Notes under the pieces: model-generated | The model's input: only the letters and a program-made list of their open reading frames with translations | What the model was told of the DNA's origin: nothing | The model's database searches: none | Shown: positions 1 through 8,773 of the stretch, one piece after another | How the letters are laid out: the number at the start of each line of letters is the position of its first letter | Position numbering within the stretch: the first letter of the stretch is position 1 | Assembly: GCA_963722935.1 (NCBI GenBank) | Contig: CAVROY010000004.1 | Coordinates: 1,147,495-1,211,494, forward strand | Origin: an uncultured Acidobacteriaceae bacterium | GTDB lineage: Bacteria > Acidobacteriota > Terriglobia > Bryobacterales > Bryobacteraceae | DNA: 64,000 nucleotides | Direction of reading: 5' to 3' | Made by a program: the position numbers and the translations under genes

Positions 1-951
1 CTCTCGATCTGCGAGTGGGGCAGCCAAAATCCCTGGTTCTGGGCTCCGGGCGTCGCGCAAGTCGAAAGCACCATCTGGCGTACGGGGGGCGACATCATTC
101 CTCCGGTTGTGGAGAGCCTGCACGATCCCGAACACGCTAAGCGGGTCATTACGGAGAAGAATGTGCTCGATTCGTTTGAGGCCGGAATGCATCCGGAAGC
201 ACAACACACCGGCTACTACAATGACCTGGACATGATGGTCATGGGTATGCGCGGCATGACCGATGGCATGGACCGAATCCACATGGGGCTGTGGGCGATT
301 TCGAGCGCCCCGTTGATGGTGGGTTCCGACCTGACGCGGCTCTCGCCGGCAACCTTGTCGCTGCTGACGAACAGGGAGGCGCTCGCAATTCACAATGACC
401 CATATGGTTTACAACCCATCAAAGTCGCCGAACCCACTACCGGCGTCCTGATTTGGGCAAAGCCTATGGCGATCGCTGGAAGGCGCGCAGTCGCCATACT
501 GAACCGCACGGACACCTCCGCGCAAGTGAAGATCGATTGGAACAAGCTTGGCCTGGACGGCACTCCGACATCGTTGCGCGACGTGTGGAACCGACGCGAT
601 CTCGCGGCGCCTGACGCGGCATTGTCCGTCCCCGCGCATGACTTCGCGCTATTAATCGTCGACCGCAAAGACAAAACACCGGCCGAGTACCTGGCAAATC
701 AATCAGAGATCGACGGGATTCAAGCAATGAAGGGTCCGACGTTTGCCCGGTTGGAGTACGCAAACATCGCCGGCCACATTGCAGTGGTGCGAGTGAAAAG
801 CACGTCGGGTCTTTCCACCGCTCTCGCCCTTCCACCGACGGCCGGATCAAACACCGGCACGGCTGGCCTCATTTTGCCCCACGGAACCGCGGACCTGTCG
901 TTCGAGGGACCGCAGGTAAATGTTCGCAAGCTGGTTGTTTATTCCTGGTGA
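1..951 (+). CDS. alpha-galactosidase, GH27 family (5'-partial, runs off the window start)
   Basis: Frame 1 is open from nt 1 (LSICEWGSQNPWFWAPGV...), so the ORF-track Met at 109 is internal. CEWG, YYNDLDMMVMG and GLWAISSAPLMVGSDL match GH27 catalytic-barrel motifs. A beta-rich C-terminal tail follows. Confidence 0.8.
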   Translation, partial: LSICEWGSQNPWFWAPGVAQVESTIWRTGGDIIPPVVESLHDPEHAKRVITEKNVLDSFEAGMHPEAQHTGYYNDLDMMVMGMRGMTDGMDRIHMGLWAISSAPLMVGSDLTRLSPATLSLLTNREALAIHNDPYGLQPIKVAEPTTGVLIWAKPMAIAGRRAVAILNRTDTSAQVKIDWNKLGLDGTPTSLRDVWNRRDLAAPDAALSVPAHDFALLIVDRKDKTPAEYLANQSEIDGIQAMKGPTFARLEYANIAGHIAVVRVKSTSGLSTALALPPTAGSNTGTAGLILPHGTADLSFEGPQVNVRKLVVYSW

Positions 952-1381
952 TCATTAGCCTCGCTTCGAAGAACTGCTGCCGCAGAACAGGAACAACCCA
1001 GCTTAACTGCCAAGCTCAGGCCGCATGTTGCCGCGGCGATCCCGATAGCCTTCCTCAGCATGCCCATAGGTTTTACTCTATTTTTGCGGAGACCAACTCA
1101 GATCCGCAGCAGTATCTGGACGTGTAACGCGCTAGGATTCAATGTCAGCAACGCCGACCACATAGAACAGTGGAATCGATGGCTGCAAAATCAAATCTTC
1201 GTGATACGATTGCACGGACAAATATTGGGAACTCGCCGCCTAGGGGGACGGCCCATATATGAACCGCTCTGCTACTCCACATGAGCGCCGCGAGCATTCG
1301 CGCTCGCCATGGACACCGCAATGTGGAGAGAGCGTGTGTTCCGACCCGGCTTTTCACGGCGGAGCGGCACCCGAGTAGATC

Positions 1382-2314
1382 ATGTCCGGGCTGACTGTTA
1401 GCAACTGGTTTGGCGACCTGGCGTCGCATCCAGAAGTCATAGTGGACGCGAACTCAGTCGAGGACATTGTGAAGGTGTTTGGAAACCCTGCGCAGTATCC
1501 GTCGCCGGTGCGGGCGGTTGGGTCGAACCACTCGACGGCTCCGTGCGGCACAGCCGATGGGGGCACGTTGATCCCGATGAAGATGAATCGGATTCTGGAC
1601 GTAGGTCCGGATGCGCTCACCGTCGAAGCGGGTGCAACTTACATCGATATGGCGCAGGAGCTCGAGAGCCGGGGTTTGCAGTTCTATGTGAATACGGAAA
1701 TCGGCAATCTGACTGCGGGAAGCGCCGCTTGTGCCGGCACGAAAGACGCCTCGTTTCCGGGCGAGTACGGTCAGGTCGGATCCTACGTATCGGGAGTGAA
1801 GTTAGTGCTGCCCTCCGGCGATCTTCTAATCGTGACCGATCAGCAGCCTGAGCTGTTGCAGAAAGTGAGATCAAGCTATGGCACTTTTGGCATCGCGTAT
1901 GAAGTGACTTACAAGATACGTAAGCAACTGCCGATGCATGTGCATCACAAAACGTTTAAGCTGGAAGATTTTCTACAGGGATTGCCGGAACTGAAGCAGC
2001 TTGGCTATTCGATGATGTACTACATGTTCCCATTCGATGATCTGATCACGGTTGAGTTCAGAAGGTACAATCCTGACGCGACGGGCGAGCCGAATCGGAA
2101 ATCCGGGCTGGACGGAATTCCTTGCGGCTTACAACCAGTTTTGCGTAGAGCGAAACGGGAAGCCGATGTTTAACCAAACTTTTGGACTATCGCCGGAAAT
2201 GGCGCAAAAGGCTCTCGGATCCAGTTAGCAACACTGGAACAAACGCGCAAGGCTTATGATCCCCAGGGACGGCTTCTTAATGATTACTTCCGTTCCATTT
2301 TAGGAAGTACATAG
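1382..2314 (+). pseudogene. FAD-binding (PCMH-type) / arabinonolactone-oxidase-like oxidase, disrupted
   Basis: The 263-aa ORF has FAD_binding_4-like features (VRAVGSNHS, LTVEAGATYIDMAQEL, YGTFGIAYEVTYKI) but stops at 2173. The expected family C-terminus (KAYDPQGRLLNDYFRSILGST*) lies in another frame and ends at 2314. The whole span is about 310 codons, versus 450 for the intact relative at 24897-26249. Confidence 0.6.
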
Positions 2315-2396
2315 CTCTCAGTTGGTCGAAATCTCGCGGCTGGAGGGGAAGGTAAGGGTGCTACGTAACCACAGATCTCGAAACCAGAAAGCGACG

Positions 2397-2801
2397 ATGA
2401 TGAGAACGGAATTGCTGCGATTCAACGGCGCTGTCGAGCGGGATCCGGCCATCGAAACGTGGATGAAAGCGCATGTAGGTGAATTGGGAGCCATCGCGCT
2501 TCAGTGGTTTGAGGTGATGCGAAAATGCGGCGACGAAGTCCGGGAGCTTTTGCACGATGGCCATCCGGTTGCATGTTTGGGAGATGCACCCTTCGGCTAC
2601 GTGAATGCATTCACTTCGCACGTAAACGTGGGGTTCTTTCACGGCGCAGCACTGCAGGATCCGGCCCGCTTGTTGGAAGGCACGGGCAAGTTCATGCGCC
2701 ATGTGAAGCTGAGACCGGAAACGGCCACCAACGCCGGAGCGCTAACCAGGCTCATCAATGCGGCGTACTCGGATATAAAGGCGCGCGTCGAAAACGGCTA
2801 G
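2397..2801 (+). CDS. DUF1801 domain-containing protein (YdhG-like)
   Basis: ATG at 2397 (MMRTELLRF...). FGYVNAFTSHVNVGFFHGAAL and FMRHVKLRPE match the DUF1801 pattern. The upstream part of the ORF (2322-2396) is probably not translated. Confidence 0.6.
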   Translation: MMRTELLRFNGAVERDPAIETWMKAHVGELGAIALQWFEVMRKCGDEVRELLHDGHPVACLGDAPFGYVNAFTSHVNVGFFHGAALQDPARLLEGTGKFMRHVKLRPETATNAGALTRLINAAYSDIKARVENG

Positions 2802-2928
2802 CTCAGAGTAGCGCCTTGAGAGGCCCGCCGCGGGAACAACGGTCGGGTTAATTGTGATCGAATTGCGCTAACGCCTGGATTGCTGGCATCGCCCTTAACC
2901 TCCGTTGAGACCGGAGCGGTGCAGAGTG

Positions 2929-4044
2929 TCATCGGCCGGCATCGGGTACGACTCCGTAAATCCAGCGGACAGCATTGTCGTGGTAGAGCTTGCGGAGCAC
3001 CTGCGGGGATAGAGCAAGACCTTGAACTTGCCGCCCATTGTATTCGAGCATCGCATCCGATGAAAAGAACGCCCAGTCAGTCGCATATTGTTTTTCCCAT
3101 GTCTTTTCCGCCTTTTCGGTATTCTGCAGGTCATATAAGGACAGATCCGTCCCGTACAAGATTCGATCTTGGTATTTGATCAGGAATTCACGAGCTTTCT
3201 CGCGTGGTTGGATGGTCAAATAAACGGTTCTCGCGGCAACATCCACCGCGAAATTCGGATAACGATCGAACCGCCGTCCGATTTCATCCAGGTTGGTCTC
3301 AAGGCTCCCAAGATGTGCTCCCACCACGCGTAGGTTGGGATTCTCTTCAAGCATGTGGTCTCGGGCCTGAATAATAGTTGCCTTCCGAGGGTGATCCGGC
3401 TGCTTGTACATGTACCATTCGGGATGCTCGTTGTAGTAGCTGTAATCGGGAGAGTTCTTGTTTGGCGGCTGCCAGCAAGAGTCGGGTTCTGCCAGATGTG
3501 CAATTAACGTCTTGCCGTGTGCCGCGATGTCCTTATAAATCGGCTCCAGGCGAGGATCATCAGGCATGACAAATCGCCCGGACTGATCCTTCAATTCCAT
3601 CCCGACGTTCTTCCATACTTTCACCGCCACGCCGCCCCAGGCGAAATCCCGATTCAGTTGCCGAATGGCGCCTTCGGCAAAGTTCGCATCGGAGAACTTG
3701 AACGGATCAAAAGTCGTACACAGAACGGCTTGCCCTCTGCTGGCCTTCACGAACGCCTTCACCGCCTCTATCTTGCTTTCCAGCCGAGGGAAACTTGGAT
3801 CGTCCTTGGTCGCAACCACAATATCGACCAGATGTAAATGAAGTCTTCGAAGGAAGTCGTAGAACTTGGGATCTGCCTTGAATGCGTGAGCATGAGTATC
3901 GATGGGTTCAAGCGATGTAAATGCCCCAAAATCGGCAGGCCAAGAAAATTCGTTCGCGGCTTCTCCCTGATTCACGGCCGCAATCGAAATCGTCGCAAAG
4001 ATCGCAACAGAGAGCACGAGGGCAGATATGAGTGTTTGTCGCAT
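2929..4044 (-). CDS. amidohydrolase-family (amidohydrolase_2 TIM-barrel) metal-dependent hydrolase, secreted
   Basis: A signal-peptide-like start MRQTLISALVLSVAIFATISIAA begins at ATG 4044. IDTHAHAF is a metal-binding motif at the start of the barrel. The ORF extension to 4194 has no coding look. Confidence 0.65.
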   Translation of the reverse strand: MRQTLISALVLSVAIFATISIAAVNQGEAANEFSWPADFGAFTSLEPIDTHAHAFKADPKFYDFLRRLHLHLVDIVVATKDDPSFPRLESKIEAVKAFVKASRGQAVLCTTFDPFKFSDANFAEGAIRQLNRDFAWGGVAVKVWKNVGMELKDQSGRFVMPDDPRLEPIYKDIAAHGKTLIAHLAEPDSCWQPPNKNSPDYSYYNEHPEWYMYKQPDHPRKATIIQARDHMLEENPNLRVVGAHLGSLETNLDEIGRRFDRYPNFAVDVAARTVYLTIQPREKAREFLIKYQDRILYGTDLSLYDLQNTEKAEKTWEKQYATDWAFFSSDAMLEYNGRQVQGLALSPQVLRKLYHDNAVRWIYGVVPDAGR

Positions 4045-4249
4045 TTCTCTATTCGAGAAGCTTACAGGAATTAACTCGGCCGGATCGCCTTTAGGGCTCA
4101 ATTTTGTTCGCTTCGAGCAGCAGGTGTTCGTGAAAGCTAGCTGTAAGACGCGGGTCCGACCGTCAAAACTGCCATGATCTTTGAAGGATCGCATCCCGGC
4201 ATCAAAGGTACCGTATGACTCGAATTTGCAGAACTTGACAAGCTGTCAT

Positions 4250-4417
4250 TCAGTCGACCCCGTAAAGCTCGGGGGTTGAATCGTGCGGCGCGATGTTCGG
4301 GAGGCAGGCTGCCGTCAAATAGCCCTTCAGCACCTGCCAGATCACCTTTTCACTCAGCCGTGGACCGCCGCAAGTCACTCGCGATAACGAGCCAACGCTG
4401 GAAGCTTGCTGGACCGG
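4250..4417 (-). pseudogene. tyrosine recombinase (phage-type integrase) C-terminal fragment
   Basis: A 55-codon open stretch, too short for the ORF track, reads PVQQASSVGSLSRVTCGGPRLSEKVIWQVLKGYLTAACLPNIAPHDSTPELYGVD*. The ...LSEKVIWQVLKGYL..A.LPNIAPHD segment fits the region just before the HDLRR box of tyrosine recombinases. The box itself and the catalytic Tyr are missing, and there is an upstream stop at 4418-4420. Confidence 0.5.
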
Positions 4418-4450
4418 TTAAGACAGGGTAGAAGCGATGGCGTATGTAAA

Positions 4451-5566
4451 CTATTTTTCGAGCGTCGCTGCGTACATCGCGTCCAACAAGTCCTGGGACT
4501 GCCCGTCATAATCGGCATCGAGAGACCACATGAACGAACCGCCCAAGCCACGCTGCCAGTCGGAATACCAGACGCGGTAATACGTCGAGAAGCTGTCGTC
4601 GTAGGTGATGTAGCCGGGTTTGCCGTCAGCCCGAAGCATATAGGGAACGAAGGCATAGGTGTCATAGAAAGTTTGCCATCCGTCCTGATCGATACGCTGC
4701 TTGATAAAAGTGCCGTAGTTTTCAGATAGCACGGTTTTGCCGCAATGAGTGCAGGGGCCGAACAGCTTGTCGACATTTTCGTAGAAATAACCGTAGAACG
4801 GTGTGCCGATGTTGAGTTTGGCGGGCGAAATATTCAATTGTTGAACATAGATGTCGATCGCTTCTTCGACACTGCCTCCCGGCTCGCACTCGTATGGCTC
4901 CGGATTAGTGGGATCTGGAAAAATAGCCGAATTGAGTTGTCCATCGTCAGTCCACGGACCCGCGCAATCGTAAGTCATGATGTTGAAGTAGTCCACGAGC
5001 CGCGTAACTTGCGGGAAATCGTATCCCGTACCTCCCCAGGGCGGCACGTCGGCGGAGAGAAGATAGCGGGGCGCTGGGAATGCGCCACGAAGCGCTTTCA
5101 TCAGAGCATAGAAGGTCTGTTCATCGAGGTCCGAAGACGGATATTCCCAGTCGATGTCAACTCCGTCGTAGCCATATTTCGCAAGAAAGCTTTGCAGGTT
5201 GCCGATCAGGTTAGGCAGGGCAGCAACATTCGTTTCGAGGCCGGTGAAATCGCCTCCCAATAAGAGAAGCACCTTGACGCCTGCCGCATGAGCTTTCGCG
5301 ATCAGTTCCGGTTCGAGGAATCCGCCTGGAATCTTTAGATTGCCTTTTGCTCCAAAGCTCACGCCCGCGTGGTTGATGTGCGTGAGTTTGTCAAAAGGAA
5401 TCTGGGCAGCGGCATAGGGCGGAACCTGGGTTCGACTCCAGTATCCGTAGTCGCCTATCAGCCGCTTCGGAACCGGCAAGTTGCCTGTATCTTGAGCGTG
5501 GACCGATCGAGTCAAAGGAAGACCTGCCAAAATGGCCGCGCAAGCGGTTATGCGAGCAAGATTCAT
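4451..5566 (-). CDS. GH18 glycoside hydrolase (chitinase-like), secreted
   Basis: Signal peptide MNLARITACAAILAGLPLTRSVHAQ starts at ATG 5566. The catalytic motif DGVDIDWEYP and the KVLLLLGG strand are present. The ORF extension to 5818 is in-frame read-through of an upstream gene remnant. Confidence 0.8.
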   Translation of the reverse strand: MNLARITACAAILAGLPLTRSVHAQDTGNLPVPKRLIGDYGYWSRTQVPPYAAAQIPFDKLTHINHAGVSFGAKGNLKIPGGFLEPELIAKAHAAGVKVLLLLGGDFTGLETNVAALPNLIGNLQSFLAKYGYDGVDIDWEYPSSDLDEQTFYALMKALRGAFPAPRYLLSADVPPWGGTGYDFPQVTRLVDYFNIMTYDCAGPWTDDGQLNSAIFPDPTNPEPYECEPGGSVEEAIDIYVQQLNISPAKLNIGTPFYGYFYENVDKLFGPCTHCGKTVLSENYGTFIKQRIDQDGWQTFYDTYAFVPYMLRADGKPGYITYDDSFSTYYRVWYSDWQRGLGGSFMWSLDADYDGQSQDLLDAMYAATLEK

Positions 5567-5649
5567 AAGAGTACCTGTGCGATGGTCAGTATATATCGGG
5601 TAGAGCTTGGGTTTATCACCAGCACCCCAAATAAAACCGACACTTAATA

Positions 5650-5942
5650 CATCACGAAGCACCAGAGTGTGTCGCCCGTTGGCTGCGATGACGTATTGAT
5701 GACCATCGAGCAATGTAGGTTTGCGGCGGATTGCTGACGTAGCCGATACGAGTGTTCTATAGCGGCGTGCCCGTTGCCGCGTCGTGAGCGACCAGGCTTC
5801 CCGCACCGTCGCCGGCAAAGACTAATCCGCCGGCAGTCGCCAACAGACCACCACCACCGCCATCATCGCTGTAATACGCGAACGAATCGAATTTCGATTT
5901 AGCGTGGCAATATGGCGAGAAGGTATTCGTCGCTGAGGTCAA
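5650..5942 (-). pseudogene. PQQ-dependent dehydrogenase, C-terminal beta-propeller remnant (frameshifted, N-terminus absent)
   Basis: Two frames together read ...GGGGGLLATAGGLVFAGDGAGSLVAHDAATGTPL / YRTLVSATSAIRRKPTLLDGHQYVIAANGRHTLVL. This matches the last blade of quinoprotein dehydrogenases (TAGGLVF.G..DG.L.A.DA.TG..LW ... P.TY..DG.QYV). No matching upstream coding sequence is seen beyond 5945. Confidence 0.5.
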
Positions 5943-6491
5943 GTCTATAACGGAGGCAAACGAAGAAAAGCAGCTGCGGCTTGGCTTAGGACAAGTACTC
6001 CGGTACGCGCATAGCTTCGGCCGAAGCGCATGTCCAGTATTGGTCGTAGAACATCGTCTTTTTGACGACAGCTGGTCAGATCTTTGTCGCCGATTGGGCG
6101 TGATACTCGCCTGGCCTGACGTTTTCGGTACATATTTCTCGTCCCATCGGAGCTCATCAAGACCTGCTGGCTGAGCGCTTCCGAACCTAAATGTAGAAAC
6201 GACAAAGCAAAAAATTATGAATTTTCCCGGATCAGTATTAACGTGTTCATAAGTCGGCTTGGAACCCGAAGCCGGTCGCCGACGGGAGGAGCCGGTCTTT
6301 TTCTCGGGATTTCCAATTCACTGGTTAGCGTGACGAGACCGGCACCGCCTGTCTCGTGGAGTCCGTTTGGAGTCCAAATAGGAATAATGCTGTTTGTGGC
6401 GTCCATTGGCGTCCAAATCGCTTGCAGGTACCTGTTGTGTTTTCAACGAGAGTATCCTCTAGGTGATTGATATTTTTTGCTTGGGGTGAAA

Positions 6492-6525
6492 GAGGTCCCG
6501 GGTTCAAATCCCGGCGGCCTGACCA
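6492..6525 (+). other. tRNA 3' fragment (T-arm, acceptor 3' strand and CCA), possible att-site scar
   Basis: GGTCCCGGGTTCAAATCCCGGCGGCCTGACCA has a T-stem CCGGG/CCCGG, T-loop TTCAAAT, 7-nt acceptor strand CGGCCTG, discriminator A and CCA. No complementary 5' acceptor strand (CAGGCCG), D-arm or anticodon arm occurs in the preceding ~90 nt. Confidence 0.6.
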
Positions 6526-6540
6526 AAACGTCGGTTCAAA

Positions 6541-7831
6541 GTGATCGAAGCCCGGAAAACGTCCCGTCGAACTGTTCTCGGTACTGTAGGCGCTAGCGGC
6601 CTCCTCTCTGTACTCCGGAGCTCTCCTATAAGCGCAGAGCAGCGGCAAACTGAGAGCTCCACCATCTCGGCTTTGAAATCGATGCGGGAGCAAGCAAAGC
6701 CGATTACGGTGGAGGAGCGCCGGACACGGATCGCAAGAGCCCAGGAGCTTATGGCGGATCACAAGATGGACGCCATATTGTTGGTTGGAGGGACTTCCCA
6801 GCTTTATTTCACGGGCATACATTGGGGCAACAGCGAGCGCCTGTTTGCTACTGTGATCCCCGCGAATGGCAAAGCATTCTGTATCTGTCCTTCTTTCGAA
6901 GAAGATCGAGCGAGAGAACAACTGAACCGGGGGCCTCTGGAAAATGCTGCAGTCATGACGTGGCATGAAAACGATAGCCCTTATAAGCTGCTGGCGTCAG
7001 GTCTTCGCGCTCTTGGCAAGTCAGGCGGCACACTCGGGATTGAAGAACGAACTCCGTGGGTCTTCAGCGATGAAATAGCCAAAGCTGCGCCGGGTCTACA
7101 GCTCACATCCGCTACGCCTGTGACGGCGGGCTGCCGGATGATCAAGAGCGCACACGAACTCGATCTGATGCGGATTGCCAATCAGGCCACGCTCAAGGTG
7201 TACGAAGCCGTTTATCGAGCGCTACAGCCGGGCCAAACGCAAGCTGAAGCGTCGGAGTTGATCTCGAGGGCCTATGCGCGGGTTGGGTTCCGGGGTGAGG
7301 CGAGCGTGGAAGTAGGCTCTTACACCGCAAATCCGCATGGTTCCGCTACTCCTCAAATCATTCGGGAAAACACGATCGTGATGATCGATGACGGCTGTCT
7401 TGTTGAAGGCTATAACTCCGATATCACGCGAACCTTTGTTCTCGGAAAGGCGACGGACAAGATGAAGCGAATCTTTCGAAATCGTCCGTCGCGCACAAGA
7501 CGCAGCGCTGGCCGCGGCAAGGCCCGGCATCGAGTGTCAGTCCATCGATGCAGCGGCCCGCAAGGTCATCACGGAAGCCGGTTATGGGCCGGACTACGGC
7601 TTTTTCACGCATCGGGTTGGTCACGGCATCGGGATGGATGGGCACGAGTGGCCGTACCTGGTGCGTGGAAACGCGCTTCCCATTCAGGCAAACATGACGT
7701 TCAGTGATGAACCTGGAATTTATCTCCGCGAGGAGTTCGGGATTCGCCTCGAGGACGACATGCGAGTTACGGAAAACGGAGCTGAGCTATTTACTCCACA
7801 AAGCCCCTCGCTTGAGCATCCGTTCGGCTAA
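6541..7831 (+). pseudogene. M24-family Xaa-Pro peptidase (Tat-exported) with a single +1 frame break
   Basis: The N-terminus is Tat-type (KTSRRTVLGTVGASG). M24 metal ligands are intact across both frames: MIDDGCLVEGYNSDITRTF, then HRVGHGIGMDGHEWP, SDEPGIY and IRLEDDM. The frame changes at about 7474-7477 (atcTTTcgaa). Deleting one nt restores KMKRIFEIVRRAQDAALAAARPG. The ORF-track pieces are 6541..7707 and 7634..7831. This may be a sequencing error rather than a true pseudogene. Confidence 0.75.
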
Positions 7832-7836
7832 TACCA

Positions 7837-8739
7837 ATGAGCACGAGGCAACCCGTGTGCTGCGCCCCAACAGGCGATCGGTGCGGCGAGGGGGTGCTTT
7901 GGCATCCCGAAGAGGAAGCCGTGTACTGGACCGACATCAATCGGTTCCTTATTCATCGATTTGATCCGGTACGTGTAGCCGTTCAATCGTGGTTCTTCGA
8001 TGAACCTGTGACTGCAGTGCTGCTGACTCAGCGTGAGAACACGCTGGCTGTGTCACTCGGATCCAAGATCATATTGTGGGAGCCGGCAACGGATTCACGC
8101 CGCGACCAGGGATTCCGGCTTCTCAATTGGCCGGCGGTTCGCCTGAACGATGCGGCTGTCGATCCCGCCGGGGCGATTTGGGTCGGTTCCATGCGCAACA
8201 ACGTCAACGCGGACGGGTCCGAGACTCAGGCTGGAGGCTTGGATGGCGTTCTTTATCGAATTGATCCAAATGGCAGCGTAAGCGAGTGGCAGAATCAAAT
8301 CGGTATTGCTAACACGCTGGTTTGGAGTCCGGATAAGACGCGCTTCTACTTTGCCGATTCTCTTACGAATATCGTGTTCGAATATAGATTCGACGTGTCC
8401 GCGGGTGCGATCGACAACCGAGGCACTTTTTTCAATGCGTTCCCGAGAGGTCTCCCGGACGGCTCAACCATTGATGAGGAGGGTTATCTGTGGAACTGTC
8501 GCTGGGGAGGCGGCTGTATTGTGCGTGTATCGCCCGTCGGAGAGGTGGACCGCATTATCGAAATGCCCACCAGAAACATCACGAACTGCACTTTTGGGGG
8601 CAAGTTGCTCGACATGCTCTACGTCACAACTGCAGCATCGCCAGGCGATCGTGGAGACCGGCTTGCCGGCAGTCTGTTTGCTGTTCAAACTGAAACTCGG
8701 GGTTTGCCGGAGAACCGATTCGGTATCGCGAGCTTATGA
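7837..8739 (+). CDS. SMP-30/gluconolactonase/LRE-family protein
   Basis: [52 protein letters not shown] and ITNCTFGG are typical six-bladed propeller lactonase motifs. Confidence 0.8.
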   Translation: MSTRQPVCCAPTGDRCGEGVLWHPEEEAVYWTDINRFLIHRFDPVRVAVQSWFFDEPVTAVLLTQRENTLAVSLGSKIILWEPATDSRRDQGFRLLNWPAVRLNDAAVDPAGAIWVGSMRNNVNADGSETQAGGLDGVLYRIDPNGSVSEWQNQIGIANTLVWSPDKTRFYFADSLTNIVFEYRFDVSAGAIDNRGTFFNAFPRGLPDGSTIDEEGYLWNCRWGGGCIVRVSPVGEVDRIIEMPTRNITNCTFGGKLLDMLYVTTAASPGDRGDRLAGSLFAVQTETRGLPENRFGIASL

Positions 8740-8773
8740 AGCACTTACTTTAGATTTAGGGATTCTCAGGAAA

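Noticed and set aside
939-1067. Small minus-strand ORF (42 aa, MGMLRKAIGIAAATCGLSLAVKLGCSCSAAAVLRSEANDHQE) in the gap after the GH27 gene.
   Set aside because: It overlaps the GH27 stop, has no evident RBS or recognisable motif, and ORFs of this length arise by chance. There is not enough evidence to call it a gene.
5945-6470. A possible decayed integrase body adjacent to the tRNA fragment. Hints on the minus strand include ...LRWDEKYVPKTSG... and ...IWTPMDATNSIIPIWTPNG....
   Set aside because: The resemblances are only a few residues long and scattered over different frames with many stops. I cannot support a call without a profile search.
6438-6525. A complete tRNA gene ending at the CCA at 6523-6525.
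   Set aside because: The T-arm and 3' acceptor strand are clear. However, no complementary 5' acceptor strand (CAGGCCG), D-arm or anticodon stem can be found in the preceding 90 nt. It is reported only as a 3' fragment.
7470-7480. The shared ATCTT(T)CGAAATC context of the two frameshifts (7474-7477 and 20013-20020), considered as evidence for a site-specific process such as programmed frameshifting or a restriction-site-linked event.
   Set aside because: Two occurrences cannot distinguish this from coincidence. Neither site has a slippery heptamer with a downstream structure. Homopolymer indel error or slippage is the simpler explanation.
8306-8773. Long N-terminal extensions of ORF-track entries. 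Examples are 8306-8773 for the CocE/NonD gene, 52956-53261 for the SpoIIM-like gene, 56487-56915 for DUF4350, 61247-61774 for the Zn-ribbon gene, 59380-59493 for DUF4129 and 5567-5818 for GH18.
   Set aside because: Each extension overlaps the upstream gene's coding region and has a non-protein-like composition. Internal starts give signal peptides or canonical family N-termini, with tight spacing or ATGA overlaps to the upstream stop.
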